NCBI GenBank assembly: GCA_036172245.1
Contig: JAYWIR010000022.1
Span: 3,038,001 to 3,102,000 of the forward strand
DNA: 64,000 bases
DNA from: Raillietiella orientalis
Lineage: Eukaryota
Reading direction: 5' to 3'
Shown: positions 13,228-26,755 of the stretch, one piece after another
How positions within the stretch are numbered: the first letter of the stretch is position 1
Layout: the number at the start of each line of letters is the position of its first letter
Notes under the pieces: generated by a model
The model's database searches: none
What the model saw: only the letters and a program-made list of their open reading frames with translations
Told to the model about the DNA's origin: nothing
Made by a program: the position numbers and the translations under genes

Positions 13228-13679
13228 AGGATCCAGAAGCATCAGAGAGGGGGTTGCTGGCAAAATGAGACTCTAGTCTGAAAATTCCGAACTAACTTGT
13301 GGGAAATCATCCATCGGAATTGCGGCGGGCGCATGTCCGGGCAAGTCTTCCCCAATGAGGTGCTGATCCCGTCCTTCCTGCCTCGACCACAGGCATTCCT
13401 GAGGCTGATGTCTCAGAAATGCCTGTGGAGGCAAACCGGACAGCATGATGGACCCATGTTTGTCGCGCAGAGGGAGGAGTGCGCGTTCGAGTTGGCGTTG
13501 AGTCTACTGGCTATCCATAGAGGTTCCAGGGATCTGGGTTCCGCCCTTTTCTTAGCAGCGAAACAGGAAGCGAGGTACTTGGGAGTTTCGCGACGGAAGT
13601 CGCATCCTTTCTTGAGAGCTTGTTGCTGCGGCCTTCATCTTCTGGGGTTTCCCCGATGAGCTGGGTCTTTCGGCTGACG

Positions 13680-14320
13680 ACGAGGCCTCCGTCTGCGTGC
13701 GGAAACGAGGTACTCGGTTCCTGCGTTTTCCTTCGCTCCGCGCGCCTCTGCTTTTACAGGAACCAGAGCACCTCTTTCGCGTTCGACCACTGGTGGTCCA
13801 TCTGACCAGTTCGTAAGACATTTATGAAGGAACGGGGAGGGAGCATCTGTCAGCTGCTCTCCTGGTAAAGCACCTCGTGTTCATTCTTTGAGAGTGAGCT
13901 GTATTGCACTGTGGGCCGCGTTCGAGGGCGCGTGGTGACGCCTAAGTGTGAGCTGAAGACATTCTGAAGCGGCAGCGATAGTCATTTTTGCAGAACGTGC
14001 TGGATCACCTTTCTTCCTCGGCTTTACTCAGAAACACAGATGGCTCGTCTTGGATTTTGGAATGCATGGGAAGCTATCCGGTTCCCGAAGTTCTATCGCA
14101 ACTCAACAGATCTGCTCCGAGATCCCTCCTTTACTGAGGTTGTCTTGAGATGTCATGCGGGCCGTTGCAACGCGCTCTAGAGCCCCCAGCGCGGGATGCC
14201 CAGTCATCTTGGCATCCCTTTATCGGACACCGGAACACTTCTCTTTCTGCTCACGCTCCTGGAGGTCCCTTGGGTGGCCAGGGCTGATCGAATCAGCGAC
14301 CAGCAAACGAAGCGTTTCTC
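13680..14320 (+). mobile_element. Decayed APE endonuclease fragment of a LINE
   Basis: Across frameshifts and in the expected order: AETR, GRVV, LGFWNAW (GD[FW]N-like), then FSF...ARADRI (SRIDRI-like). Confidence 0.45.
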
Positions 14321-14419
14321 AAATTGGAGCAGCAGATGGCAAAGAACAGGAAAGGAAAAGTTGCTGAAACGCACCCATCCCTCTATCGTTGAGAGAGCAC
14401 GTAATCGTTAGGAGAAATG

Positions 14420-14770
14420 CCTACCAGCAGGATTACTGGATGCGAATGCGGAAGCACACTAAGAGCACCTGGGCTTCTCCAATGGGCACAGGAGTTTCAA
14501 AAACCCGTCTTTCCCGGTGCTGAAACGTGTGGCCGTCCTTTTCTTGGTGTTCCCCTCTTGCAGCCGAATTCCTCTCGCAAGGGAAGTGAAGGTGTCCCTG
14601 CAAGGAACCTTTCCTTGCTCTTTTGGGGAAGGCTCGAGGCTAGCATGGCCCTTTTCGGTTGGTCCAGGCAGGATACCATCCGCCGAACAAATCGCGGGAA
14701 CCCGTGTTTTTCAGAGAGACCATGGAGCGCACGTGTCAGGTTCCCAGTTTCGACGGCCGTTCGGCTAACC
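14420..14770 (-). mobile_element. Decayed non-LTR RT fragment
   Basis: LSEKHGFPRFVRRMVSCLD...F...GCKRGTP resembles RT L.K.GF...F...I..LY and GVRQG.P. Confidence 0.45.
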
Positions 14771-15894
14771 AAACTGGAAACGAATCTCCCCTAGAGAAGT
14801 CACCGAAGAAGGCTATTTCTTTTCGGGTTCTCTTCGGTGACTTCGGCGAGGTGGGGATGAGGACCCCTGGAAACGGAGCGCTGCAAATCTTGCCGCAGCG
14901 CGCCAACTTCAACTCCGCGAGCGACAAGGCGAAAGAACGGAAACGGCGAATTTGAGGAAGAGGTCGGTCGGTTGGATGGACACGGGCAGAAACCTCGTCC
15001 AAGAGGGGCGAGACCAAGCAGAGGAGAGGAAGCTGCTTAGAAAAGAGAGTGAAAAGGAGAGAGAGGCCTCCTGGAGGCTGATGAATCCGGCCAACGAATC
15101 CGCCATGCTAACCATCGGCAGCTGCCTCAAGTTGCTCACTTCCGCAGACAATTCGGTAAAAAGACCGGCCCAAGAAACGCTTAAAAAAGTGATCCAAAAG
15201 AGAATCCTCGAACCACCAGCAGACGAGGATCTCGAAGAATTCGTGACGGGGAACTTCGGAAAAACTCCCACAGGGCAGCAGGGATATCGAAAGTCTTTGG
15301 TTTAAAGGAAGGAGGGCGTGGAGTAGGACGAAAAGCCTGCTGGGAGTTTACTGATGGAGAGAGCGTAGCGTAGCGGTCGACGGCATCATCTCCGTCAGCA
15401 GCACTAGGAAAAAGTTTTACCTCCGGCGTGAGGCTGTATTAAGGGAAGACTTTTGCCGCGCGGGGCCTCCAGGGATCTTCGAGGCAGCTCCAGAGAGGGA
15501 GGGAGGAGCGACGGCACCTCAGGAGATTAGGAGAAACTCTCCCCCAGGCCACAGCTGACGTCCTTCTTGCGACGCTACGAGACGCGAGGCTAGCGCACGG
15601 GTCACTCAGGTGCAGGGAGAGGTGGGCAGTCGCACCAGCACTGGAGGGAGACCCTGCGGCGGGGGGGAAAGGCTAGCCACCGCAGGGCATGTCGTCAAAC
15701 CCCGCAATCGGGAACCGGAGGAAAAGAGGAACGCCGGAGGATGGAAGGTGAAGCGACCTGCTTTGGGAGCGGCTGCCTCCTCGATCCGATCCGACGCTGC
15801 TGCCTCCCATGAGGCGACTAGAGACATCCGTTTGCGGCGGTTGTCTCCGACGACCAGCGACAAGGGTAGGGTTTGCAAGCGCGTTCAGCGAGGA

Positions 15895-17230
15895 CGGGTT
15901 GACACCCTGTCACGCCGGGGCGTTTATTTATACAAAGTAAACATACTCTTCTGTGGCAGGACTTTTGATCTGCCAGGTTACTTATAACTAGGAGAAGGAA
16001 CCTGCTAGAAACTGGCACGCAGACCGGCGGGGCTCGCCTCGGCAGCGCAGGGGAAGGGGAGACAAACAAAAAGAAAAAAAATAAAACATAAGCATACATT
16101 AAAAAAATGGGGGGAGCAGGCTCGGGAGGGGATCACTGTGTGATGCAGGGCGTTCTCTGCATCCTTGCTGCGCTGTGGGCAAGTTCCTGTTTTATGGTTC
16201 CCAGATGTGGCCATCCTGACGCTGTCCTCATGAAGAAGAAAGCAAAATAGATGACGTCTCTGTCGTTCTGGCCTTCTCTGGCGGTGATCCATGCAGCCAT
16301 GATCCCGCGTAGATAGCAAAGTGCTGCTAAGGATGCGGCCGGAGTGATGGCTTCGTGTAGGAAGAGGAGCTTTAAAACGTCTCTGGCGTTGTCTCCGGGG
16401 GTTCCAAGGGTCGCAATAAAGCGTCCTTAAAGGAGCCGAAGGGAATGCAGTCCACTTGGAGGTACGGAAGGAATTCCCGCTCTCCGCATCTTGCAAAGTT
16501 CAGGTTCACTCCCTTCTCCCGTGTCCAGTATGCAGGTGGGCGTTGCACGGGAGATCCCATTGCAGCAGCATCAACGCCGACTCCTTCCACTTTAAGGGGA
16601 GGGTACTTATATTCATGAGCAACTGCAGGGTGCTACTGAAGGTCTTCCTCGGAAATATCCAGTAGCACGCCCCAGTGCAACCGTCACGAAGTCGAGCAAT
16701 CGGGGTCGCAGCGACGGTGAGCTGGCCTGTCGTCCACTCGCCCAGTCTTTTCGCCCTCCGGAGATCTCCACAGTAACCCCCCATCTGGCCGTAAGGATGC
16801 TGCCAATGTGCTCCCTAAGGAAGAGCAGCGCGGCGGCGAGAGAGGTTCTGCTTGCCCACGCACTCTTCACGGTATCTTCCAATCTCCCGGAACGTGCAGT
16901 TGTTGCGCGCGTACAGGAAACGTCGCACCTGTTTCGCCCTTGGTTCCTGGATTCTCGCCCACGTGCGAACGATTTCCTGCAGCCACGCACTACCGTTCGC
17001 AGGACGACGTGAGATCCATGCTTTCTTCCTGGCCAGCGTGTTCATCTGCCGCAGGTGCAGTGGAGGAGACTGCGTGGAAGGAGCGCAAGGAAGGACGCGA
17101 GTCCCACGCTGACAGTGGCTTGCTTGACGAGGAGACGTGAAGGTTGGCATGAGGTGGTGCTCCATACGGTTGCCACGAGGACAAATGTTCGAAACTGGAG
17201 TTGCAGCTCCATCCGCTCCAGCGTCAGGAG
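15895..17230 (-). mobile_element. LINE ORF2 3' portion plus 3' UTR
   Basis: LPLKWKESALMLLQWDLPCNA...ARCGEREFLPYLQVDC (~16445-16605) and FFMRTASGWPHLGTIKQELA (~16178-16237), then a T-rich UTR, AATAAA at 15923-15928 and the junction motif. Confidence 0.75.
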
Positions 17231-20175
17231 ACCTGGACTCAGCGAGGACGGAAGAGAGGGGAAACGAGTCGGTCCAGAACCCCTGAGGCGCTGGTGGCGC
17301 GGAAGCCCGACATCGTCTGAAGGCGAATGAATGAGCGGGCTGTGATCACGAAGGAGGACAACGGGAGACCAGAAAGACGCGATGGCGACGGCTGATTCCC
17401 AGTGTGGCTAGCAGGCCATCCGCGGCCTTTCCTTGCGGGACTCCCCGGCACCACCGACGCAGAGACTCTCGTGAGTGCAGCAGCGAGTAGCTTGGGTGCA
17501 AGGATACTGGACGCACCCCCCCCCCCCCTTTTTTTTATTTTGAAGGGGAGGGGAGAAAGAAGAGGAGGCAACACGCCCACATGCAGTGATAGGCGAAGAG
17601 AAAATGGAGCTGCGCGGGACTTTCGGGAGAGCGGAATGAGCCTTAATGGTGTCCCTCGGGCGTGACCGACTTCCAGCCTTCCAGTTCGATTTCCAGCCGA
17701 ACCACACGGTCGTGACGGCCATGGCGCTTCGTCCTCCCGCCGCTTCTTGAGTGTCACCATCGAGGCGGCGCGCGTTCCGGCGAGGGCGCGCTGCCCGCCT
17801 GGAACGGCGCGGTAACAGCGCGGAGTGAACGTGTAAGGCGCCCGCGGGAGAACTCTCGTCCGCCGCCCCGCAGCCCCATCGTTTCCTGGGGAAAGGGGGC
17901 TAGGCGGAGACCGCGCAGTCCCGGAGGCGCCGAAAGAGCCGAGGTCCCGCGGCCTCAGGCGCCGGGAGCACCGGCCGGTCGCATTCCTGTCTCCCGTTTT
18001 TCTCGAGTGTCCTCTCCTCTGCCTGCGAGGCGAGCACCAGGGATGCTCAGACCGCGAGAGCGGACCCCCAGTGGAAAGGGAACGGGGCTGGATCGGGGAG
18101 AGGAGGGTAGCTGCAAAAGGGGGGCAGAGGAAAGGGCAGCGCTAGCGGCGACCTTGGCGGAGAAGAGGGGGAGATCCTCGCGCGCGCAAGGGAATGAGGA
18201 AGACGCAGCCTCGCTCCCGAGATCCCCCCCTCCCTCCCTCCTCTCCCAGGCGCACTCTGGGATGCGGCGGAGGCGCCGCTGGTGGTCAGAATGCGCGTTC
18301 CCCGCAGAGACTGGGAGGCCGCCCCTCGGGAGCGCCCCCAGTCCATTACCACAGAGTCCATGCGTAGCCGCGGGCGAGGCGGGAGACGGAGACCCTAGAG
18401 ATCTGTAAGCCTCCACTCAGGCGAAGACTCTACCTGGGGCTCTCCGGAGGCTGCATCCCCGTAGCGTCCCGGAGCGTGAGCATCGCGGGGACAGAGCCGC
18501 GAGCCCATCCGCCCCCCTGGAACGGAAGCTGGGTGTCCTTGGGAGTGGCTGGCAGAGAGGGGAAGCGGAAACAGAAGGAAAAAAGCCAAACGGCAGGTGG
18601 CCCCAGCGGCAGTCTGCGCGACGACCTCGCGCGCCTGGAACCTCGAGGTTGCCTTCCCCTCGCCGCCTTCGCGGAATCTGCCCCGCTCCAGGGAGGCCAG
18701 GGCGCGGGCAGATCTCAGCAGACTCTGGGCTCGGGCGCGCGGAAGCAGCCTCCGCTGAGGACCCCAGAAATGGAAACCGTTCTCAGCACCCAATCCTGGG
18801 TTGCTGCCTCCGCCGGAATCCACTGCTCCCTTTGCCCTTGGAATGGGGAGGAAAGCAGGGAATTGACAGGTCCAGTTCTTCGTTCCAAAGCTCTTTTCCC
18901 TTAGAGGGGAACGACCTTCCGCCTCCTGATGCTCACCACCTGTTTCCTGCGGCGGCCCAGGCACCGGGGTTGGTGCAGGTGCACCCGTGTTCGTGCATGC
19001 CCTTTTTTCAACTGCGACTCGCAGTCTGCCTTCCATCGAGCATCCCTCTGGACACGATATGGGAGCACCTGCAGATGTAAGCGTCCTCCCTGGCCAGCCT
19101 TCCCCGCATACAGTCGGTCTTCCTGGTTCCCGCCCAAAAGTCTTGGAGTCTTCGAGCGGGCAGCTCTTGCGGGTGAATTGCAAGAGCTGCCCGGAAGCCG
19201 CTGAAGACATCACCCTCGAGTTTCGCTCCGCTCGCGCGCGCTTCCAGAGCCCGCCAGGTGACTCCAGGACGGGAAGGGGAAGGCGACGAATTCTTGAGGG
19301 CTGCGCGCAGCTTCGTTCCGTCTCCAGCGAACTGGTCGCATTGGCTTGCGTCGGGACGTGCACTCGCGAACGACGACGCCTCCCTCCGGGAGCGAGCAAT
19401 CGCATCCTGGACTCTGAGCGACGGGTCTGGCAAGAAGCTGGAGACGGCTAGGGGTCGGGAAGGATTTTTTTCGCCTTTCCTTCGCTGCCTGCGCCACTGC
19501 AGGCATCCGTGCATCGCGCCTCTTCCTCCGTGCTCGGCGGATGGAGATTATCTTTCATTTCCTGGCGCATTCCGACCTGGGAGTTGGTCAAAAGTTTCTG
19601 TTCTGCCAGCACGACCGCGCTCGCAAAAGCAGAGCATTCGTTGTGACCTTGGCGACCTGATGATAACGCGGTGATGAATCGGGTTTTGCCTGATGAAAGC
19701 AGAAGAAATTCTTGCAACATAAGTATGAACGAAGGTGTACAGAATGGCGGTGCGCTCGCGCGCGCACACGCACACACAAAGCAACACAACGAACTTCTAA
19801 AGATGCCAAAAAATGAAAAATGAAAATCACCAGCACTCATCGTCGGCAAGAAGCAGCGGCTGGAGGAACGCACTCTCAGAAAGCGAACGAGGCTATCGTA
19901 AAGGGGAAAGGCAGGCATCCCATTTGCCATGGCCTCGTTCACGCTTCGAAAACGCAGTCCTCCACTTCCATCCGAATCTTTCCAGATTCACGATTTTCCC
20001 GCATCTTTAGGGGGTCCGCTCCGCGTCCGATAAGTGCAAACCAAGCGTTCTCGATCTAGTGGACACCTGATCTTTGCTTGCCAAAAAAAAAAAAAACAAC
20101 GGCACAAATACGTATACGCTACGATGTACTTCGTTCCCCTTCCCCCCGATTGGAAGAGGAAAAAAACTTTCTTGA

Positions 20176-21095
20176 CCCTAGAAGGGTAAGGTGGCGTCAT
20201 ATGCGACACACAGGAACTCAAATGTGCAGGCTCTCTGTCATGGTCAGTGTTGCGAGCATGCCGTTGCAGCTACCTCTTACGAAGTCTTCCGTGTGCCTGC
20301 GGTCGCAATGGCGTGCACACCGGATGGTCTTGTTTCATTTCGTGTCCGATTGTGTCGTACACGACACCACGTCACCTTTCACATATCAAAACTTTTACCC
20401 TTAATGAAATTTTCACACAAGATGAGCGGGAAGGGTTGAGTGGACGCTGTGAAAGAGGAGAAACTGATTGGGAAGAGTTTCATCTGATGAAGACCAAGAT
20501 TCGGATGACGGAGATTCGGAAGCAGAGAGCGTGCAAGGCGACGAACTTTCAGCTGATGAAAGTGATAGGGACGGCCTTTGGGAGCTTTTTATGGAAAGTT
20601 AGACGGGGCTGGGATTAATTCGCATGTGGTGCTCACTGCTCAACCTTGGAAATCCAAATTATGAAGTTACTTCCAGGAAAACGTTCCTCCGAAATTCAGG
20701 ATACGAGCTTGCAGCACCTCATGTGGAACGCCGGTTGCAGTGCAAGAATCTGTCTCTTTCTTTGAGAAATTTGATTTTATCTGCACTGGTTGAAGAAGAC
20801 GTGAGGTTCCAACATGTTCCACAAGAACCGTTGACCGTCCACAGGCGCTGCGAAGTGCGCCCACGTTCCGCCCAACCGGAAAGGAAGGGAAAAGTGTGCC
20901 TGCTGCAGAAAAGCCACATGAGTCCAACACCGAAGACGCTGTGAACGCTGCAAAATAATTTGCAAAGATGACTGCAATTCATTAACAAGTCAGAACGTTT
21001 AGGAAAAATTAATAAATGTTGGTAATTCGAATTGGTGTCCTATATGGCACCACGTAACCACTTATGCCCCAAATCGTCACGCTACCCTTCTGGGG
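20176..21095 (+). mobile_element. Internally deleted piggyBac element
   Basis: 13-bp TIRs ccctagaagggta / tacccttctgggg (1 mismatch) start with CCC. The left flank is ttga (degenerate TTAA) and there are subterminal inverted repeats at ~20193-20209 and ~21035-21051. An acidic N-terminal remnant (SSDEDQDSDDGDSEAE) is fused to C-terminal AGINSHVV, SRKTFLRNSGYELAAPHVERRL and a Cys-rich tail (RRCEV...CERCKIICKDDC). Confidence 0.85.
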
Positions 21096-22799
21096 TTCTA
21101 TTAAATGACGATTCCTCATCATGCAGGTAAACAACTCCGGAGAAAGCGCCGCCTCGACAGAGGAGGTGGATTTGACTCACTAATTACAGGTGCAATTAAA
21201 CGCGGAATCACCGCATGCCCCGCAAATGAACGCAGCAGAGCAGATTGAAGCGGAGGGGGGGCACACCGCTGTTCCTTGAGAACACCGCGAGTTACGCGGC
21301 TGCAGCACACACGCGTCCTGCGAGCGTGACCCACGTCCGAGCGGGTTGGCTAACGAGCCCTCTATACAAAAACGCAACGTTATTTCATTAATCCTGAAAG
21401 TGCCGGCTCTTTGAAGCGATATTCATAAACTTGCGGTAATTAGGGATCCCTCGACATGTGCTGGAACGCGTGCTGGTTCGCGCGCGAATTCCCTCGAGCT
21501 GGGGAGCAGCAGCAACACAGCTGACCCTGAAAAGGGGCTTTCGATGGAAACGAGCAGGGTATTAGAAAGTGTACCATTATCCAACATAAGCGTTCACGAC
21601 AAACAAGTGTGCCGCAACCTAGTATTTCCGTATTCATTTTCTCTTTGAAATTCCAGCCCACGTTGGATGTAATTTCTTCCCGTTCTCATTATGTGCCTTT
21701 CTGGCTTCGAAACGTGATTAGCATGCCGGAATTAAGGTGCACACGGTAGTTGTCCGTGCTGCGACAAATAGATTTGGAAGGGGGAAGATGGATTTGACCA
21801 CTCGTCCTTGTGTCCGTGTTCGTTTCGTAAAATCTATTCGTAGATGCTAATGCTGTAATACTTTGGGCTCTTACATCAGAATGTTACGGCCTGTTTCGAA
21901 AAACCCGGAAACCGGCCAGAGGATTAGTTAAAGCCAAAATGCAGCTCCAGCCGCGATGAAGAGAGGAAATCGCGGACGCTCGAGTTGATGAACGGTTTCC
22001 CGCGGACGTCTTTCTCTCTTCCCCCTTCCTCCAGGCTGCTAGGAAACGTCCGCGGCGCACCACAACTGCATTGAATTTTTCGCCGAGCCCGGCCACCGGC
22101 TTTGTCCATTCGAAACGCAAGCCGAAGCCTGTCGGTAGTTCCCGCACTGCTCAGGACTTCGTTGTACCATGAGTGGACGGATGCGATCTATGGGCTCCAA
22201 GAGCACCAGCTGGCAGCCACTTCGGAAGATGAGTCCTCCTCGATCAACGGTGGTACAAACCGTGTATTTGCGGTTGAGGCGATGACACGGGTGTGTGGGC
22301 TGCAGGTGTGATCGATGTGGTCACAGAGGCCGGGATTTCATGTCCAGTCCTCGATCGGCTGGTGGACGAAGTGGACATCTCAGTGCTCGAGGTGGGAACA
22401 TCGGTAGTTCTAGGGAGGAGCGTTGCGAGTGGTTATCGTGTTGGTCACTTTGCGAGAGACCGTAAAGAAGAACGAGACCACTTGCTACAGAAGTGAGCGC
22501 ACGCCCTAGTGTACGGGGTAGTCAGCTGTCCCCCGATCCACCTTGCCACAACCGTAGCAAAATACAGCCAAGGATTGCGGACATCTAGGAAAATAAAAGT
22601 AAAAATGCTGCTTTTGTGGAGAATACGGGCACATCAGTCAGGAAGTGGATCTGAATGGAAGAAAGTGCCACACGTGTGGATCACCTGGTCGCACGAGCGG
22701 GGACTGCCCTGAAGGCGGCGGCCCGACGGAACGACGAGCAGCCGGCGTAGGTGTGGAGAAAGAGGTCATGTGGCAGGAAATCGCCTAGCAGGTGATGAT

Positions 22800-23650
22800 G
22801 CCGCTGTGGAGGGCGCTGGCCATGTGGCTCGTGGGCGTGTAGGTGCCGCTGCGGAGAAGAACTGAGATGCTCCCCCCCGCTCTGGAAGACGTGCTTTCCC
22901 GCGTTGTCACGCCAAGCGATCCCATAGGGGAAGGCGAAAGTCGGAGAGAATGGAGGGCGAGAACACATAACGTAGCTTGAATCGACGGTTGGTGGACACG
23001 AGTGAACAGGAAGACCTGGTGGATGATATGGAATGGTTCGTCGACGCAATCTCATTGAAATAGTCTCAGGAAAAGAGGAGGGGGGGGAGCCGTCTGTTCG
23101 TGATGAATGCGGACACAAAAGTGGCTTTCCGTGGTCCGTTTTAATGCTTCGGTTGTTGCAAGTCAAGGTGCTTCCGAAACCGCAGACGTCCTGTGCCGAG
23201 ACAATGTCCAAAACCAAGCGGACCCCCTTTCCGTCTTCGCGAACCAGCCGGCACAGTTGCGCACTCCGCACCTCCACGTTCCCTAGGCGACAGTTTCGAA
23301 GTTGGCTCTTGAGGTGCTGCAGATGCTCCCTCGGGGCACTTAAGCTGGACTTGCAAGGGACTCCACCCTTCAACACTAGCACCCTCGCCAGGTGGTGGCG
23401 CTAAAGGTGCGGACTTTTTCGCTCCACACCGAGGGCATTCCGAGAGCCAAGTCACGAAATCGCCGCTGCCTGGTAGACCCGGCCCGGCTCCTCGGAACGC
23501 CTCCCTCGCAAGCGCAGAAAGGGGGCGCGACCGCTCTCCCGCGCCCGACGTGAGATTAGGTCGGGACCTCAAGTGGAGCGCTTCCATCCTGAAGGGCACC
23601 CGCAGGTACCCGTCGACCACTCCCGGGATCCTGCGCCGCTCTAGATCCTG
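22800..23650 (-). mobile_element. Decayed Ty3/gypsy integrase
   Basis: YLRVP..EALH...DFVTWLSECPRCGAKK (HHCC-like region), then VCGFG...SIKTDHGKP (I.[ST]D.G) and RRTIPYHP (TT.YHPQ) in the canonical order. Confidence 0.7.
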
Positions 23651-26600
23651 GGCGAGTTGCGGAGCCTCTGGCCTGCAGGTCGACCTTCCCATCGCCGGAT
23701 CCGCGGACTCGGACGAAACCCCGAGGCAGACCCGCCGTTTACAGAGCCCTGCAGAGTCTGCTCGGCCGGCCTGATCCAGGATGGCGAACCTTCGCAGTAT
23801 CCGAACACCCTCCTGCGCGTGTCCAGGGCCAGAGAGGATGCACGTATGACCCTGAACTCCTTCCTGGTGTGTTTCTTGAATCGGGATGCCACACGGAGAG
23901 CAATGGGGGGACTCGCAGGCCCCGTGCTTAGGAAACCTGCCGCTGCAGGAAGGTCGCAGCTTTCGCCCTAGTCCCGTCCTCAAGACGATCGGGAGGTTTT
24001 GTGTGTGTGCGTGTGGGAAGGGGGGGTCTGCAGTTTGCCTCGCCCTCTGAGAGCTTCAAGGGAGATGGCGGGAAGGAAAACGAAGACACTGCATCGACTC
24101 GCAGACTTCGGGCACCCTTAGAGTGGCGAGCCGCAATGGGCGCGCTCCAAGCTGCCCCTGAGGTTCCTGGAGGAGTGAGCTCGGTGCAAAAGATGCGCCG
24201 CGAGTAGTGCACAGCTCCAGCTTCGCGTGGCAGTGGACAGGAGGAGGCAACGCCGTCCGCAGCTCGCAAGCGCAGACGCGCACACGTTGGGAACACCAGC
24301 GTCTCACAGACGGGCAGTTCGCCTGACGGGACAGCGGCAACGTGTGCAGCGTGTGGCGCTTGAAGTCTTCCCAACGTTGCGGCGAGAATACAGAGCACAT
24401 CTCCAGGAAAGATCCTCAGCACACGCACCATTGCGAGGTGGAGGTTGCCGCGCGCGAATGGGGCCCTGGGCAGCAGCAGTCCTCCGTTGCCAGGAGTTTC
24501 CGTTACGGCGTTCTTATCCATAAACTCAATCCTGCCACAAGGATCCGTCACCCTGCTGCGAGCAGAAGCCGCTCTGCTCGAATTCCCGGTCTTAATTGAA
24601 GGACTTTGATGTGAGCCTGTCCGCAAACTCAAGCCGAAGAACATGGACTTCCGCACCGCAGCGCCGGAAAGGAAGCAGAAGGCACGATCTCCAGAGATCT
24701 CGGTCTCCGAAACCCGAAAATTCCAGCTCGCCCTCGTTGACATCCTATGATGTATACGCCCGGAGGTTTCCACACCTAGTTAAGAGGTTGGTAATGATTT
24801 ACTGTGCGCATGCTTTGCCTATTTGACATTAAACTACATAAGGACCTTGACATGATTGCGACCAAGACGAACGCTATCGAACTTTCATTTTCTTTCGCAT
24901 CCACGTGAGGCTTGCCTGGAAAGAGGGTTGCTCTTATTTACAGACTCTTTGTTCTCTTCCAGAGGATTTCTTTTTCGTTCTGCAATCCTGGTGGTGCTTG
25001 TACGTGAAATTCACTTTTTCAAATCCATCTTCCCTTCCAGAGAGGACCGCGCAATTTTTCTTTGTTTGGCAGTTTGCCAGTCCATGAAAAATAATCGATT
25101 TTCCTCTCATCGTTTTTTTTTTCATTTTTTATTTTATTTTTTTCTCTTCTAAAAAAAACAAAGAAAACTGTCGTCATCTGCTTGCCATAGTTATTTGCCT
25201 TTCCTCGCTTCTATTATAAGCCATCGATCGCGAAAGTGTATGCGATAGCATTCGGACGAAGTTAATTAGGAGTTCCAGGTGTGTCACTATGGTTCGAATA
25301 GCTCTCAGTTGAGAATTAATTAGAATAAAAAGGAGAAAAAAAACACTCTAGGACAAAATGAAAAGAAAAAAAAAAAACTTTTCCCTTTCCCGGATTACAA
25401 ACTCGGAACTTTTAGGCAAGACAGCGCATTCACCACGCACAAGACTTCCCGAGCCGAAATGTGGTTGACAGTTTACCTCGTTCCCTGAAAGTTTTAAGGG
25501 AGACGCGGGAAGGAAAACGAAATTAACGTGCAGCTCTGGTAACCCCTCAGCCATGCACGACGGGCCTGCGCTTAGCAACCATTTCATCGGCTCACTGCTA
25601 GGTCGGATTCACCTCCCGAACGAGTTCAACTGTTCAGCGCGTTCGTAGAGACGCGTACGGGTTGCCACCACTCCAAAGCGGGAGAAACTTGCGTTTCCGT
25701 GGTGAAAAGCAGGGACCCCATCGCAATGGGGAATTCTCGCGCATGGGAAGTTCCGAAAGCTTGCAAGAGCAAAAGAATAAACGAAGAACGGACTTGAACA
25801 AAGCGCTTGTGAGTGGCTTGCGGTCTGTTTCCGTAAGCATAATAAATACGATCTCATATCTCTGAAACTTTCCATCGACAGCGTAGAGGGGAGGCGCTCG
25901 TGCTTTCAGAATTCCTTGCTGGACAGGCTTACCAGCATCACCAATGGATGTTTTCTTCTTCTTTGATTCCAGCGAAGTTCAAACTATTGAAGAAGAAGAA
26001 AATGATCAAGCTAAAGCGTAGAAGAAACGAAGCTGCTTTCCTCGGCTTCATCCAGCCATGGGATTCGCTCGCTTCCTTTTAATGCAAACAATCGAAAAGT
26101 CAGGTGACAAGTTTTCGCAAGTGTGCTGCCGTATGTCAATTATGAAGTGGTTTCTAGTGTGGTTTGAACTGTGTTTGCTTAGACGGTACAACAAGAAACA
26201 CCCTTGAACTGAATCATGCATGTCGATCAGAAGCGGGAAGTGAAGAGCGACTTTTCGCTCGCACACAGGCGCAAAAATACACCAACATTGTAATCTCAAT
26301 TGCTTTTCTGATGTCCACTGATAGCGTCTCCTCAAATTCTGACCTGGTTCTGACATGACTCCGGAATTCGCCTTTGAAACAAACTGCAGGAGGAGATGCC
26401 ACCCAACTCAACGGAAAGTTGATACGGTTTTGATACAACGAGAACCATACATCCTTCACGACAACATGCAGCCCTCATAGGTCTTCTGCGAGCCGCTTAG
26501 GCACCGCAACGGCCGAGTAATCCAAGTCATCAACAAGCTGACAAAGTTCTTGGACGTTTTCGGCCCATTAAACGAAAACCAAGATCAACAGTATATGAAA

Positions 26601-26755
26601 ATATCATAAAGGGATCTAGGACTGCTATCTTCCGGGAGGGAAAAAAGCGGGGGCAGGCTTTCGGATTAATGAGAACCGGCCAGATGAGAACGCCGGTACC
26701 CCATTCCCCTTCTCCCCAATTTGCACGGGAAATGAAATCGACGCACACGTTAGGT

